From assembly GCA_965240325.2 (NCBI GenBank), contig OZ251227.1, positions 1 through 64,000 of the forward strand: 64,000 nucleotides of DNA. Direction: 5' to 3'. This document shows, piece after piece, positions 32,423 through 45,032 of the stretch (its first letter is position 1; each line of letters opens with the position of its first letter). The stretch is from Rebecca billardiae RCC1528. Lineage: Eukaryota > Protista > Haptophyta. The notes beneath the pieces are model-generated. The model saw only the letters and a program-made list of their open reading frames with translations. It did not search any database and was not told where the DNA came from. The translations under genes were made by a program, and so were the position numbers.

Positions 32423-35400
32423 TCACTCGAGCCCGAGCCGCTTGCGCCCGATGTCGAGCGCCATGATGACAAACTTGCGGTGGTCGGCGTAGAGCAGGGC
32501 CGAGTCCTCCGCGAGCACGTGCTCCTCGAGGTCGAGCCACTTGGCCGCCATCGCGTCGGAGCCGCCCTGCAGCGTGAGCTGCGCGGCGAGGTCGTCGTCG
32601 ATGACAAACAGCCGCACGGTCGTCTCCATCCACGCGTTGTCCGTGTTGCGCGGGTCGTCCACGTACCCCTCGTACACCGGCTGCGCGCGCGGCAGCGGGC
32701 GGCACGGCGGGCGCGGCGGCGCGTGCGCGCCGGCGGGCGGCGGCGTTGGCAGGCGGCGCGCGGCGAGAAGGCGGCGGCGCGGGTTCAGCCGGGGCGCGCG
32801 CGCGCGCCGACCGCGGGCGGCGCGCGGCGGGCGGCCGCACGCGCCTCTTCCTCGCCATCGCCGCGGCCCCGGCGCGCGCGCGCACCTCGCCGCCCGAGGC
32901 GAAGACCTCGTCCAGCCGGTCCTCGAGCTCGTCCTTGAGCGCCTCGTCCTCCACGGCGGAGGCCTCCTCGGAGAACTCGCGCCGCAGCGTCTCGGAGACG
33001 TGCTCGCCGTCGTCCACCATCCCGCCGGGGATGGCCCACTTGCCGCCGTCGCCGCGCTGGATCGCCACCATCTGGTACACGGGCCGCAGCACGGCCGGGC
33101 GCGCGGACAGCCCGGCGCGCGGCCCCGGCCTGCGGCGCAGCACGATCGGGTCGGCCGCCTGCGCGCGCGCGCGGCGCGCGGGGGCGGGCGGGTCGCGTGA
33201 GCGCGCGCGCGCGGCCGTCGCGCGCGCGCGCGGCCGCGGCCGCGCGCACGTGGTTGGGCCCCCACTTGCCGAGCAGCCCGCGGCCGCTGATGCCCGTGCG
33301 GCCGCGCGGGTTGAGCGGCCGGCCGATCGCGTTGCACACGATCGCCTGCTCAAACGAGCGGCGGTAGCGGAAGTCGACGGTGGCGGCGTCGGGGTGGTCC
33401 GCCCACGGCGGCCTGGGCTTGCCCTTCTCCGGCTCGCCCAGCACGACGGGGTGCGTCCACTCGGTCGGCTCGTACCCCGCCCACTCGACCTCCCACGGCA
33501 CGCGCCCGTCCGGCACCGCGCTGCGCTTGCCCGCATACGCCGGGTTCTCCTCGGAGCGCGCCTTGTGGTGCAGCAGCCAGTCGTGCTTCGAGATGTCCTC
33601 CGTGCCGAGCTCGCGCAGCCGCGACCTGGGCGCGGAGATGAGGTGCGAGTGCAGCCCCTCCACCGCCGCGGCCACGCCCCTCACCGCCGCCTCGAGCCCC
33701 TTCATCCGCTCGTCGATGTTCTCCCGGTCCTCGAGCTGCTTGGTCTCGAGCGCCTTGATGGTGACGTGCGCCTCGTCCACGCGGTGGCCCACGTCTGCGC
33801 GCGCCTCCTCCTCCTTGGCGCGCACGTACGCGTGGAAGGCGCGCGTCTCGTCCTGGTGCTCGTACTCGTGCTCGAAGTGCGACGTGCCGCTCGAGCGCGC
33901 GGACGCGGGCGGCGAGCCGGGCAGCAGCGGCTCGGGCTCGGGCGAGACGGCCGAGCGCGCGCCGCAGCACAGCTCGCGCGCTCGCACCGCGAGCCGTGCT
34001 GGCACGAACAGCAGGTTGAGCGGCGGCGGCGTGGACGTGGCGGTCGTCTCGTAGTAGTCGACGAGGAGCATGTGCTCGTACTTCCACTCGATGAGCGCCA
34101 GCGCCATCACCTTGGTGTACGTCTCTGATGCATCCCCCCCCCGCGCGCGCGCGCAGCGGAGGCGGGGCGACGCCGGGGAGGGCGCGCGCGCTGAGCGGCC
34201 GCGCGCGGGGCGCGGCCGCGCGGCCGGCGCGCGCGGGGCGCGCGGGGTGCGGGGTGCGCGCGCGCACCGCTCATCATGGCGATCAGCAGGTTGAGCAGCA
34301 GCACCTGCATGATCACCATCAGCACGACGAGCGCGAGCGCGGGCACGTACGGCCGGTGCGCCTCGAGCCGGGCCACGTCAAAGTCGCCAAACTGAGCCGC
34401 AGCCGCAGCCGCAGCCGCAGCAGCCGCAGCCGCAGGGGGCGCCGCGCGCGGTCGGAGGGACGCACGCACGCGCGCCGGAGCGCGGGGTCGGCGGCCGGGG
34501 GTGGACGCATGAGCGAGGGCGCGGCGGCGGCGGCGCGTGCGAGCGCGCGCCCCGCGCCCCTGTGCCCGCGCGCGCGCACCAGCGCCCAGATGGGCAGGAA
34601 CGCCGGCCCGGTGGGGCCGGAGAAGCCGACGCTGCGGAAGCCGTCCGCGCCGGGCAGAGACGAGTCGCCGCCCAGCTCGGAGGAGGAGGTGGCGAGGTCG
34701 TAGCCGGGCACGAGCGCGGTGAAGCCGAAGCCGAAGCCGAGCACGACGAACACCATCACCGCGAGCCACTTGAGGATGTTCTTCTGGAACATCTCGCCCA
34801 TGCAGATGATGAGCGCGCCCACGTCGTGGAATTGCATCAGCGTCTCGCCCAGGAAGCGGTAGAAGGTGGCGCCCGACGCGCCCGCCAGCATCAGCGGGAA
34901 GAGCCAGCCGGTGAACCAGTCGACGAGCGCGGTGCCGGCGGGCTGGCGCCACAGCAGCGCGAGGTACAGCGCGCGGAGCACCGCGAGCGCCGAGTTGAAC
35001 ACGAGCGCGAGCGTGTCGATGTACGCGAACGAGGGCGAGGCGGCGCGCGCGTGCAGCCAGCGGCGGCGCGCCGGCCGCGTCTCGAGCCAGTCGGCGCCCA
35101 TCCCGAGGACCCACAGGCCGAAGACGAGCTCGAGGCGGAGCTGCACCGCGCCGGGCCACTTGCCCAGCGAGTGCGGCGCGGTGATCTCCGTGAGCACCAT
35201 CAGCGCGCCCAGCACCAGCGTGAACCCCGAGTAGGTGACGAGCGTGCGCGCCCAGAACTTGACCACGGGGATGCTGTAGAGCTGGTGCCACGCCGCGCGC
35301 GTGCGCTGGTACCGGCCCGCACCCGCGCTGTAGCCGAACGCGGCGGGGCCGAGCGTGTCCGAGCGCGCGGGCGAGGGCGGGATCGGCGGCGTCTCGGGCG

Positions 35401-38400
35401 TGAGCCCGCCGAAGCGGTTCGCCCCCGCGCCCGCCTCGTCCTCGTCGTCCTCGTGCGCCGTCTCCTGCCGCACGAAGATGGGCGGAGGGATGGCGCACGC
35501 GCCAACGGCGCGCGCGCCACCGCTGCTGCACGCGCCACCGCGGCCCGCGGAGGCGGACGACGCGCCGGCGGCGGAGGGCGGCGGCTCGGCGGCGGCGGCG
35601 GCGTCGACGGGCACGGCCACCTCCTCCTCGCCGCCCGACTCGTCCGACGACGCCGGGCTGAAGTTGAAGATGGACGCGCCGAGCGGCTTGCGCGGCGCGT
35701 CGCCCGCCGCCGCCTTCTTGGCGGCGGCGCCGGCGCCGGCGGCGCCGCCCGGCCCGTCCGCGCCGTACTCCTCGCCGCGGTCGTCGTCGTAGTCGTTGTC
35801 CTGCACCTGCGCGAGCGCCCAGCCCACGCCCAGCCGGTTCGCCACGTCCTGCGCCGCGCCCCACGGCAGCACCATCTTGAGCACGATCTTCCAGTTGGGC
35901 GCCGTGTCGTCGACGAAGCGCAGACTCGCGACGCCGTCGCGCGAGGCGGCGCTGCCGAAGCCGCGCACGCCCGTGCGCGCGCGCCGCCCCGCGCCGGTCC
36001 AGCGCTTGGCCATGATGAGCTGGCAGTAGCGGTGCGCGATGAACGACTTGGCGCGCAGCTGGATCGCCAGGTCGATCGCCGTCTGCCCGCTCACCACGTG
36101 CTCCAGCACGTCGGACGCGACCGCAAACGTGGTGCGCGCGTCCTTGGCGGGCGGCCGTATCTGCTCGAGCACGTCGAGCGACACCTGCAGCCAGTGCTCG
36201 CGCATCGGCTCGATCTCGTCGCGGTGCTTGCGCCCCTGCGCGTCGTTGTACATCATGCGGTAGCACACGTCCGCCGCGAGCAGCGCGAGCCGCAGGTGCT
36301 GCCTCGAGAAGCGCCACAGCACGGTGGCGAGCTCCTGCTCGCCCATCAGCACGGCCCAGAAGAAGACGTCCTGCAGCTGCGTGCACAGCATCGGACGCAC
36401 CGAGCCCAGCCGCGCGCGCAGCGGCGAGCCGCGCACGCCGCCGCCGCTGCCGCCGGCGGCGTCGGCGGCGGCGCCGCCGCCGAGCCCGCCGCCCATCGCG
36501 CTCCGCCCGCGCGAGAGCGCGCGGCCCATCGCGCCGGTCACGCGTCGGCGCGCCGGGCTGGTCTGTGGCGTCGTCTGCGGCGTGGTGGCGCGCTCCGCCT
36601 CGAGCTGGTGCAGCTCGGCGTCCGCGAGGTCAAAGTGCATGCCGTGGTGCTCGGGCAGCAGCCACTGCTCGATGAAGCGGCGGAACTCGCCCGCCTCGCG
36701 CACGAACCACCGCTCCGCCGCCGCGTGCGCCTCCGTGTCCGAGCGCTTGAGGTAGGACACGGGCGCACGCAGCATCCGCCTGCGCTCTCTGAACACGCCC
36801 ACCGGCTGCAGCGAGAGCGGGGAGAGCCGGCTGGGCTCGAGCAGCGAGGCGCGGCCGAGGGAGGCGGAGCGCGCGGCCGAGATGAACGCCGCCGCGCCCA
36901 TCGCCGCGCTGCACCCCGACGACGCGCGGCGCATCGGCGCGTCGATCGAGTCGGAGCTCACGCCGCCCGCGCACCCGCCCGCGCACCCGCCCGCGCCGCC
37001 GAGCGCGCCGAGCGAGCCCGAGCGGCTGAAGCCGGCGCCGGCGCCGCCGAGCGCGCCGACCACCGCGCCGATGCTGCCCGAGCGGCTGTGGTTGGCGGAG
37101 GCGGCGCCGCCGCCGCTCGCGCCCACCGCGCCGAGGCTGCCCGAGCGGCTGCGGTTGGCGTCGGCGGCGCACGCCGCGTCCGCGCCCGCGCCCGCGCCCG
37201 CGCTCGGCGGCGTGGCGCCGGCGGCGCCCGCGCCGCCGCCCGCGTCGCTGGTGGGCGTGGCGAGGCCGGCCGGCGGCGGCGTCGTCGCCGGCGGCGCCGG
37301 CGCCTTCCCCGCGCTGCTCATCCGGCTCGCCGCCGCGGCGAGCGCGAAGCTGGCGGAGGTGGAGAGCCGGCCGCTCGCGCGGATGTACCGGCCCGGGTCT
37401 GAGGCGGTGCGCTCGGTGAGCGGCGGGAGCGCGAGCTCGGCCTCCTCCTCCTTCTCGAGGCGGTACAGCTTGGCGGAGATGGAGGACTGCAGCTTGCGGA
37501 AGATGCGGAACCGGTTCTTCTCCGACTGCATGTACAGCCGCGAGAGCATCACCCCCGCGATGTCCGCCCCGTTCGAGAGCAGCATCGTGACCACGTCCGC
37601 GCGCTGCGTCTCGAGCGCCAGCTGCAGCGACGCGCGCATCGAGGACTGCTGCTGCTGCGCGAGGCCGGCGGGGTGCGCGCCGGCGGCGGCGGCGGGCGAC
37701 GGGTCGCGCGGCACGCCGCGGCTCGCCGCCGCCCGCCGCGCCAGTATCCGCTCGATCATCTCCTCGTTGTCCCACACGATCGCGAGCTCGAGCAGCTTGT
37801 CCTCGGGCAGCGTCGGGTGGCGCGCGACCGCGGACAGGATCGAGAGCGAGATGTCGGTGGTGGAGTCGGAGCCGAGCTCGAAGAGCTCGATCAGCTCGCG
37901 CCGCGCGTACAGCTGGCGCAGCTGCTCCACCACCGCCGGGCGCGAGTACTTGCTCGCGATCTCCGGCGTGGTGCGCAGCAGGCGCTGCTCGAGCGCCAGC
38001 AGCGCGTCCTTTGCCTTCTCCACCTCCTGCTTGGCCGCGCGCACCGCGCGCTTGCCGTCCTGCCGCGCGGCCTTCACCTTGGCCTTGGCGGCGCGCACGC
38101 GCTCGGTGGCGCGCGCGATCTCGCCCGCCTCCTTCGGCGTGCGCGTCAAGAAGTCGCGGATCGCCGACGCCGCGCCGAGCGAGCCCGCGACCACGACGAC
38201 GGGCGTCTGGTTGCGCACGGCCTGCAGCACGGTGAGCAGCGTGTTCGGCCCGCCCTGCACGACGAGCAGCACGGCGGGGAGGTCGTCCTCGTGCTCGCAG
38301 TACGCGCGCTCGATGGCGGCGCGAAAGGCCACCTCGCCGCCCCACGCCGCGCGCCCCTTCTCCCCGTTGTCCACCAGCAGCAGGTGCGTGTGGTGCGGCT

Positions 38401-38950
38401 CGAGCGCCGCGCCGTCGATGTCGTTCGAGTCCTCCCCGTACGCGTACTCAGCCGTGCGGTACTTGTGCACGGCGCGGCCCTTGAGCGGGCGGAGCTCGCG
38501 CTCGATGAGCTCGGAGCCGACCACGTTGCCGTACAGCGCGACGCCGATCAGCGGGATGTCCGGGTGCGCCGCCAGCGCGTCGCCCACGTGCTTCATCACG
38601 CCGGTCGCAGAGCCGCCCGTGAACACCCACGCGTTCGTGATCTGCGCGGCGCGCACGAGGCCCTCGCGGAAGACGCGCTGGAGGCGCGGCAGCATCTTGA
38701 AGTCCTGGGCCGAGCCCGTCACCGAGATGATGATCGTCGGCTTGCCGTAGTACTCGTCCACCTGCCAGTCGTTGTCCAGCATGCGCGCGATGCGGCGCGG
38801 CAGCTTCTCCGCGTCCACCGCGCGCCGCACGTCGATGTGCAGCACCTTGGCGGGCTCGCGCAGCTGGCCGGAGGAGCGCGCGACCGAGGCGGTGTACCGC
38901 AGGTTGCACACGCGCAGCCGCGAGTCGAGGTCGTCGGGATCGGAGCCCAT
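32423..38950 (-). CDS. TRPM2: TRPM2-like cation channel with N-terminal SLOG/MHR domains and C-terminal NUDT9-homology ADP-ribose pyrophosphatase; exons 38950-34580, 34391-34268, 34124-33250, 33158-32886, 32680-32423
   Basis: MHR1/2: PTIIISVTGSAQDF, AWVFTGG..TGVMKHVGDA, LEPHHTHLLLVDNG, LLVVQGGPNTL. MHR3/4: LAIVWD, DVFFWAVL, FIAHRYCQ. Pore W.LFGDF, S6 LLLNLLIAMMS, TRP box EWKY. NUDT9H: [48 protein letters not shown].EEA and VYEGYVDDPRNTDNAWMET. Confidence 0.93.
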
Positions 38951-39331
38951 CTTCTCCTGCGCGCCGGCGCGCGCCGAGCCGCCCGATCCGCCGCCGCCGC
39001 CGCCGCTGCCGCTCGCGGCCCACGCCTCGCGCGGGGGGGCGGGAGCGCCGGGGCGCGCGACGACCCGCTGGTCGAAGAGGCGCGTGGTCGACGGGCCGCC
39101 GACCCTCGCGCGCAGACGGGGCGAAGGCGCCTGCGCTGCTCGCGGCCGCCAACGAGCCGCACCCCCGGCAGCAGCGGAGTGCAACGCAACGTCGTTGTGA
39201 TGTTCCGCGCTGGCCGCCCAAAGAACCGCTGACGACTGTCTTGGCGGCGCTGAGTGCTGAGCGAAAGGCGCCGGACCGCCGCCCGCGCCCGGAAACAGCC
39301 AGCACGAAGCGTCATTTCTGGTACATCCACG

Positions 39332-40258
39332 ATGGCGGGCGACTTCGCACGCGCGCAGGCGGCCAAGGCGGCGGGGAACGCGCACTACGCACAGGGGCGG
39401 CACGACGCGGCGCGCGAGGCGTACGCCGGGGCGCTCGCGCTGCTCGCGCGCGCCACGGAGGGCGACGCCGCGCGGGCGCTGCGCGCCGCGTGCCTGTGCA
39501 ACCGCGCGGCGGCCGCGCTCGCGCTGCAGGCGTGGGCGGACGCGGCCGCCGACTGCGCGGCGTGCCTCGACGAGCTGCGCGCGTGCGCGGCGCCGACGGA
39601 CGAGCTGCGCGTGCTGCGGCGCAAGGCGCTCTTCCGCCGCGCGCGCGCGTCCGAGGCCCTCGACGAGCCGGACGCCGCCGCCGACGGGTACGCGGCCTCG
39701 GTGCTGCGCTGCGAGCGCGGCTCCGAGCAGGGCGGCGAGGCGCTCGGCGCGCTGCACCGCGTGCTGACGGCGGCGGGCGGCGCGCCGGCGCCGTCGGACG
39801 AGGAGGTGCTCGGCCGCTCGGTCGACGCGCTGCTCGCCCTCGCCGCCGGCGCCGTCCCCGAGGACGAGGCCGACGCCGACGCGGAGGGCGGCGGCGCTGG
39901 CGGCGAGGGCGGCGGCGAGCGCGCGGCGCCGGCCGCCGCGCCCGCGCTGCCACCCGAGCACAAGCGCCTCGTGTACGCCGCGCTGCTCAGCGTGCTGCGC
40001 GAGCGCACGCACAAGCGCACGCCGGCGTTCAAGGCCTTCCTCCGGCGCGACGGCGCGCGCCTCGTGCACACGTGCGTGCACTCGATGGAGGGCGACTGGA
40101 TGGCGGACGCCAAGCGCGGCACGCTCAGAGACGCGGACGCGCTCGCACGGCTGCCGGGCGTGCGCGCGGCGATGGCGGCGCTCGAGCTCAACGCCGTCGG
40201 GCTGCACACGTCCGACGAGGCCAGCGCGGGGGCGCACGGCCCCGGCTGCACGCACTGA
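39332..40258 (+). CDS. TPR-repeat (co-chaperone-type) protein
   Basis: AKAAGNAHYAQGRHDAAREAYAGAL, CLCNRAAAALALQAWADAAADC and KALFRRARA form three TPR motifs. Confidence 0.8.
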   Translation: MAGDFARAQAAKAAGNAHYAQGRHDAAREAYAGALALLARATEGDAARALRAACLCNRAAAALALQAWADAAADCAACLDELRACAAPTDELRVLRRKALFRRARASEALDEPDAAADGYAASVLRCERGSEQGGEALGALHRVLTAAGGAPAPSDEEVLGRSVDALLALAAGAVPEDEADADAEGGGAGGEGGGERAAPAAAPALPPEHKRLVYAALLSVLRERTHKRTPAFKAFLRRDGARLVHTCVHSMEGDWMADAKRGTLRDADALARLPGVRAAMAALELNAVGLHTSDEASAGAHGPGCTH

Positions 40259-41194
40259 GTCGGCGCGCGCCGCCCGCCGCGCGCCCGCGTCGTCGTCGTC
40301 GCGGACTCGCGGCGGATATCGTATATATACGTATATATATATCGTCGCATGTGACGACGCCACCGGCACCCGCCAGCGGGCCGGCGGCCACGCATGACTC
40401 TGATGACTCAACGAGCAGGGCGGCCACTGTGCAAGTCTGCATGGCGCGCGCACTGTTGTAACAGTTGTAGTAGCGCTCGCTCTACTATATATATATATAT
40501 ATACTCTCTCTCATCGTCTGCTGCTCGATGATCTCTCGAATCTCGATCTCGCTCTAGACTCTAGCGCTGCGCTTATATTATAGTAGCAGCTGAGTCTCAG
40601 CAGTGTACATGCATATATATATATATATATCGATATATCGATATATATATATATATACTATACGTCGTATAGCTGCTATATGACGATGCTAGCGCCTAGC
40701 CGCGTGTCATTGTGTCAAGACGCGACGCGCGGGTCCCGCCGTGACTCACGCCCGCGGGCGTGACCCGCGTGACCGGTCCCGGAAAAGGCGGCGCGCCGGC
40801 GGACCGCATCAGCGGAGTGGGAGGGGATCGGGCAGCAGTCGTGTCATCACGCTCATCATGCGGTGGACAGGCGAGCGGCAGCGCGCGGCGCGCGCTGCCG
40901 CGATGCTTGGCGATGCCCCGCTGCTGTAGGTGCGGCGCCGCACGAGGCACTCCCTTGTTGAGGAGGGCGCGGTGGGGGGCTGGCTGGGCTGGGCGCGGGG
41001 CGGTGGGCCGAGGGCAGTGCGGGCACTGCCCACCGGTGTGGGCTGTGCGACGCCCTGCCTACTCACTGCCGTGCGGACGCTGGGCCGAGGCGCGTGTGCG
41101 GCGTGCCAAGGGCCGTGGGTGTGCGGTGTGCTGCCCGCTTGGACGAGCGCTGGGCCAAGGGCCCTTGATTGGGCCAAGGGCGGGGCGCGCGGGC

Positions 41195-41827
41195 TCAGGC
41201 GGAGCCACGTGCCGCCAGGTGGCCGTCCAGCCCGCCGAGCAGCTGCGCCACACGCGCGGCGCCGTCGGCGGGCGCGGCGCCGGTGTGCGTCACGTGTGCG
41301 CCCACCGCCTCGCACAGCGAGCGCTTCACCAGCGAGCGCGCGCCCTCGGGGTCGGAGCGCGCCCACGCGGCGAACCAGCACAGCAGCTGCTCGGGTGCGT
41401 ACGCGTGCGCACGGCCCAGCTCCTGCAGCGCGCTGCCCGCCAGCTCGTCCGACACGCCGCCCTCGTCCTCGTCCTCCTCGTCCTCCTCCTCCTCCTCGTC
41501 GTCGTCGTCGTCGTCGTCGTCTGTGTCTGCTCCGGCCGTGGCCGCCCGCGCCCCCGCTGAGTGCGCGGCTGCGGCCGTGGCAGCCGCGTGCGCACAGCCC
41601 GGCTTGGCGCGCGCACCGCCGCACAGCTGCTGCGCGCGCAGCGCACGCGCCTCCCGCGCATAGCTGGGAGGGCGCGGAGGGCGGAGGGCGCGGAGGGCGG
41701 AGGGCGCGCGCGACGTGTGAGCGCGCGCACAGGGGCGTGGCGCCTCCCGCGCTGCATGGCGCTGGGCCGCAAGGCGGCGCTGGTGCTACAGACTGGCTGT
41801 GCCGCAGCCGCAGCACACACACGCACG

Positions 41828-41860
<33 letters not shown>

Positions 41861-41998
41861 ACACACACGCACACACACGCACACGCACGCACGCACACAC
41901 ACACGCACACACACACACACGCACACGCACACACGCACACACGCACACACACACACACGCACACGCACACGCACACGCACACACACGCACACGCACGC

Positions 41999-42047
<49 letters not shown>

Positions 42048-42148
42048 CACACGCACACACACACACACGCACACGCACACACGCACACACGCACACACGC
42101 ACACACACGCACACGCACACGCACACGCACACACACGCACACGCACGC

Positions 42149-42201
<53 letters not shown>

Positions 42202-42336
42202 CACGCACACACACGCACACACACGCACACGCACGCACGCACACGCACACGCACACGCACGCACACGCACACGCACACACACGCACACACACGCTCACAC
42301 ACACACACGCACACACGCACACGCGCACACGCACGC

Positions 42337-42379
<43 letters not shown>

Positions 42380-44999
42380 CACGCACACACGCACACACGC
42401 GCGCACACACGCGCGCACACGCACACGCACACACACACGCACACGCACACACACACACACGCACGCACACGCACACGCACACACACACGCACACACACAC
42501 ACACACGCACACACACACACACACGCACACACACACACGCACGCACACGCACACACGCGCACACACACGCACGCACACGCACACGCACGCACGCGCGCAC
42601 ACCGTCGCTCGAACGCTCGGCGTGACTCGAGGGGCCGCCCGACGCCGTCCTCCTCCGCGCAGTCCGAGTCCGAGTCCTCCGACTCGTCGTCCTCGTCCTC
42701 CTCCTCCTCCGACTCGTCCTCCTCCTCGCTGCGCCCGCCCTCCTCCGCCGAGCCCGCGCCAGGCGGCGCGAGCGCGAGCGCGAGCGCGCCGCCCAGCCCG
42801 TCCGCGCACGCGCGCACGCCCGCGGCCGCGCACAGGGCACGCGCGCGCTCGCTGAGGCCGGGCGTGGGCGCGGCGCGCGCCGCGTCGAGGATGGCGCCGA
42901 CCGCGGCGTGCGTCGCCGCGGCGCACAGCGCGCGCGCCGCCGCGCGCTCCTCCGGCCCCGCGCCCTCGCACGCGCCGCCGCCGAGCGAGGGCGCGCGCGC
43001 GTCAGCCGCGGCGCGCGGCGCGGCGCCGAGCCACGCCGCGAGCGCGCCCGCGGCGCCCAGCGGCGGCGGCGCGGCGGGCTCGGGCGGCGGGGGCGGGTCG
43101 GCGGCGGCGAGCGCGTCCAGCGTGGCCGGCGCGTGCATGGCCATGCACAGGCTGAGCACGCGGCACGCGCCTGCGCGCGCGCGCGCGCGGCGGCGGCGGC
43201 GGTGGCGCTCGCGGGCAGCGCGTGAGCGGCGGCGCGTGCGCGCGGCGCGTGCGCGCGCGGCGGTGCGCGGCGGGCGCGGCGCGCGCGCGGGCCGCACCGA
43301 GCGGCGCGGCGGGCAGCGGCGGCGAGCTCGCGAGCGCGCGCCCGACGGCGAGCGCGACGGTGCCGACCGCGGTGCTCGGCGCGTGCGGCGCGGCGCGCGG
43401 CGCGCGCAGCACGAGGCGGCACAGCGCGCGCTCGCCGTGCGCGCCCGCGCCGCCCGCGCCGTCCGCCGCGGCCGCGAGCGCCGCCGCCGCCCAGAGCGCA
43501 GCGGCCGCCTCGGCGAGCGAGGCGAAGGGGGGCGGCGCGCGCGGCGCGAAGAGGGGCGAGGACGGGTGCGGCGCGCTCAGCCCGCCGTCGCACAGCGCCC
43601 CCCCCGCGCCCGCCGCCGCCTCGAGCCCCAGCGCGAGCGCCGCCTCGAGCACGCCGGCCGCGACCTCGGCGTGCGCCGCGCTGCTGCGGCCGTGCGCGTG
43701 CGCGTGCGCGCACGCCGCGGCCGCGAGCGCGGCGGCGTCGGCGTGGGGCGGGGGCGGCGCGGGCGCGGCGGCGTGGGCGGGCTCGTGCGACGGCCCCTGC
43801 AGCAGCGAGCGCACCAGCGCGTCGAGCACGCGCCACGCGCGCTCCGACGCCCCCGCGCCCGCGCCGGCCGCGCGCGCGGCTGCGCGCAGCAGCGCGCGCG
43901 CGGGCGCGCACGCCTCTGGGGCAAACGCTCCGCGCGCGCCCAGCGCAGGCGGCTGCTGCGCGGGCGGCGCGCGGACGAGGGCGGCGTCGGGCGCGGGCTC
44001 GTCGGCGCAGAAGTGCGCCTCGAGCACGCCGAGCAGCTCCGCCGACGCCTCGGCGCGCCACGCCTCCGCGCCCTCCGCCCCCTCCGCCTCGGCCGCCGCG
44101 CACGCGCGCAGCGCCGCGGCCGCGACATCAAAGCGAGCGCGCGCCTCGGCGTGGCCGGCCGGGTGGGCGCCTCCGCCCGCGGGCCAGCCGGCGCGCAGCG
44201 CGCGGAGGAGGGCGGGCGCGTGGCGCGCGGCGGCGCCCTCCGCCGCGTCCAGCGCGCACGCCACCGGCGGCGCCGCCGCGCGCCAGCCGTCCGCCGCCGC
44301 CATCGCCGCCGCCGCGCCCAGCACTGCGGGCAGCGCGCCGCCGCCGGGCGCGCACAGCTGCGCGCGCGCGGGCGCGGCGTGCGCGCACAGCGCACACAGC
44401 GCGGCGGCGGCGGCGGCGCGGAGCGGCGAGAGCGGCGGCGCGCGCGCGTCCGCGCCCGACGCCTGCACGCCCGCCAGCGCGCGCTCGAACGCCGCCGCGC
44501 ACGCGCGCGCCGACAGCGCCGGCGCCCAGCGGCCGAGCGCGCCGAGCGCGGCCGCGCACACCGCCGCCGCGGCAAGCGCGCCGCCGTCCGCGCCCGCGCC
44601 CGCGCCCGCGCCGCCGGCGCGCAGCGCGGCGGCGTCGAGCTGCGCGGCGGCGCAGAGCGCGTCGGCGAGCGCGTCGGCCTCACGCGCCTCCAACCCGCCC
44701 AGCGCGCCGCCCAGCGCGCCGTACGCGTGGCACAGCGCGTGCTGCGCCGACGCATCCGCCGCGCCGCCCGGCGCCGCCTCCGCCACCGCCGCGGGCATCG
44801 AGCGCAGCAGCGCGCGGCCCACAGTGGCGCGCCGCGCCGCCGCCGCGCGCCGCGCGCGCTCCTTCTTGCGCGCGCCCTTCGAGGCGGCGCGCGGGGGCGC
44901 GGCGCCGCCGCCCTCGCCCGCCGGCGCGGCGGCGGGCAGCGCGCCCAGCGCCTCGAGCAGCGCGAGCGCGCACAGGCGAGGCACGCGTGCGCCCACGCT

Positions 45000-45032
<33 letters not shown>

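Noticed and set aside
40809-43297. His-Thr or Cys-Val repeat proteins (possible metal-binding proteins)
   Set aside because: Translations of an intronic (CA)n microsatellite.
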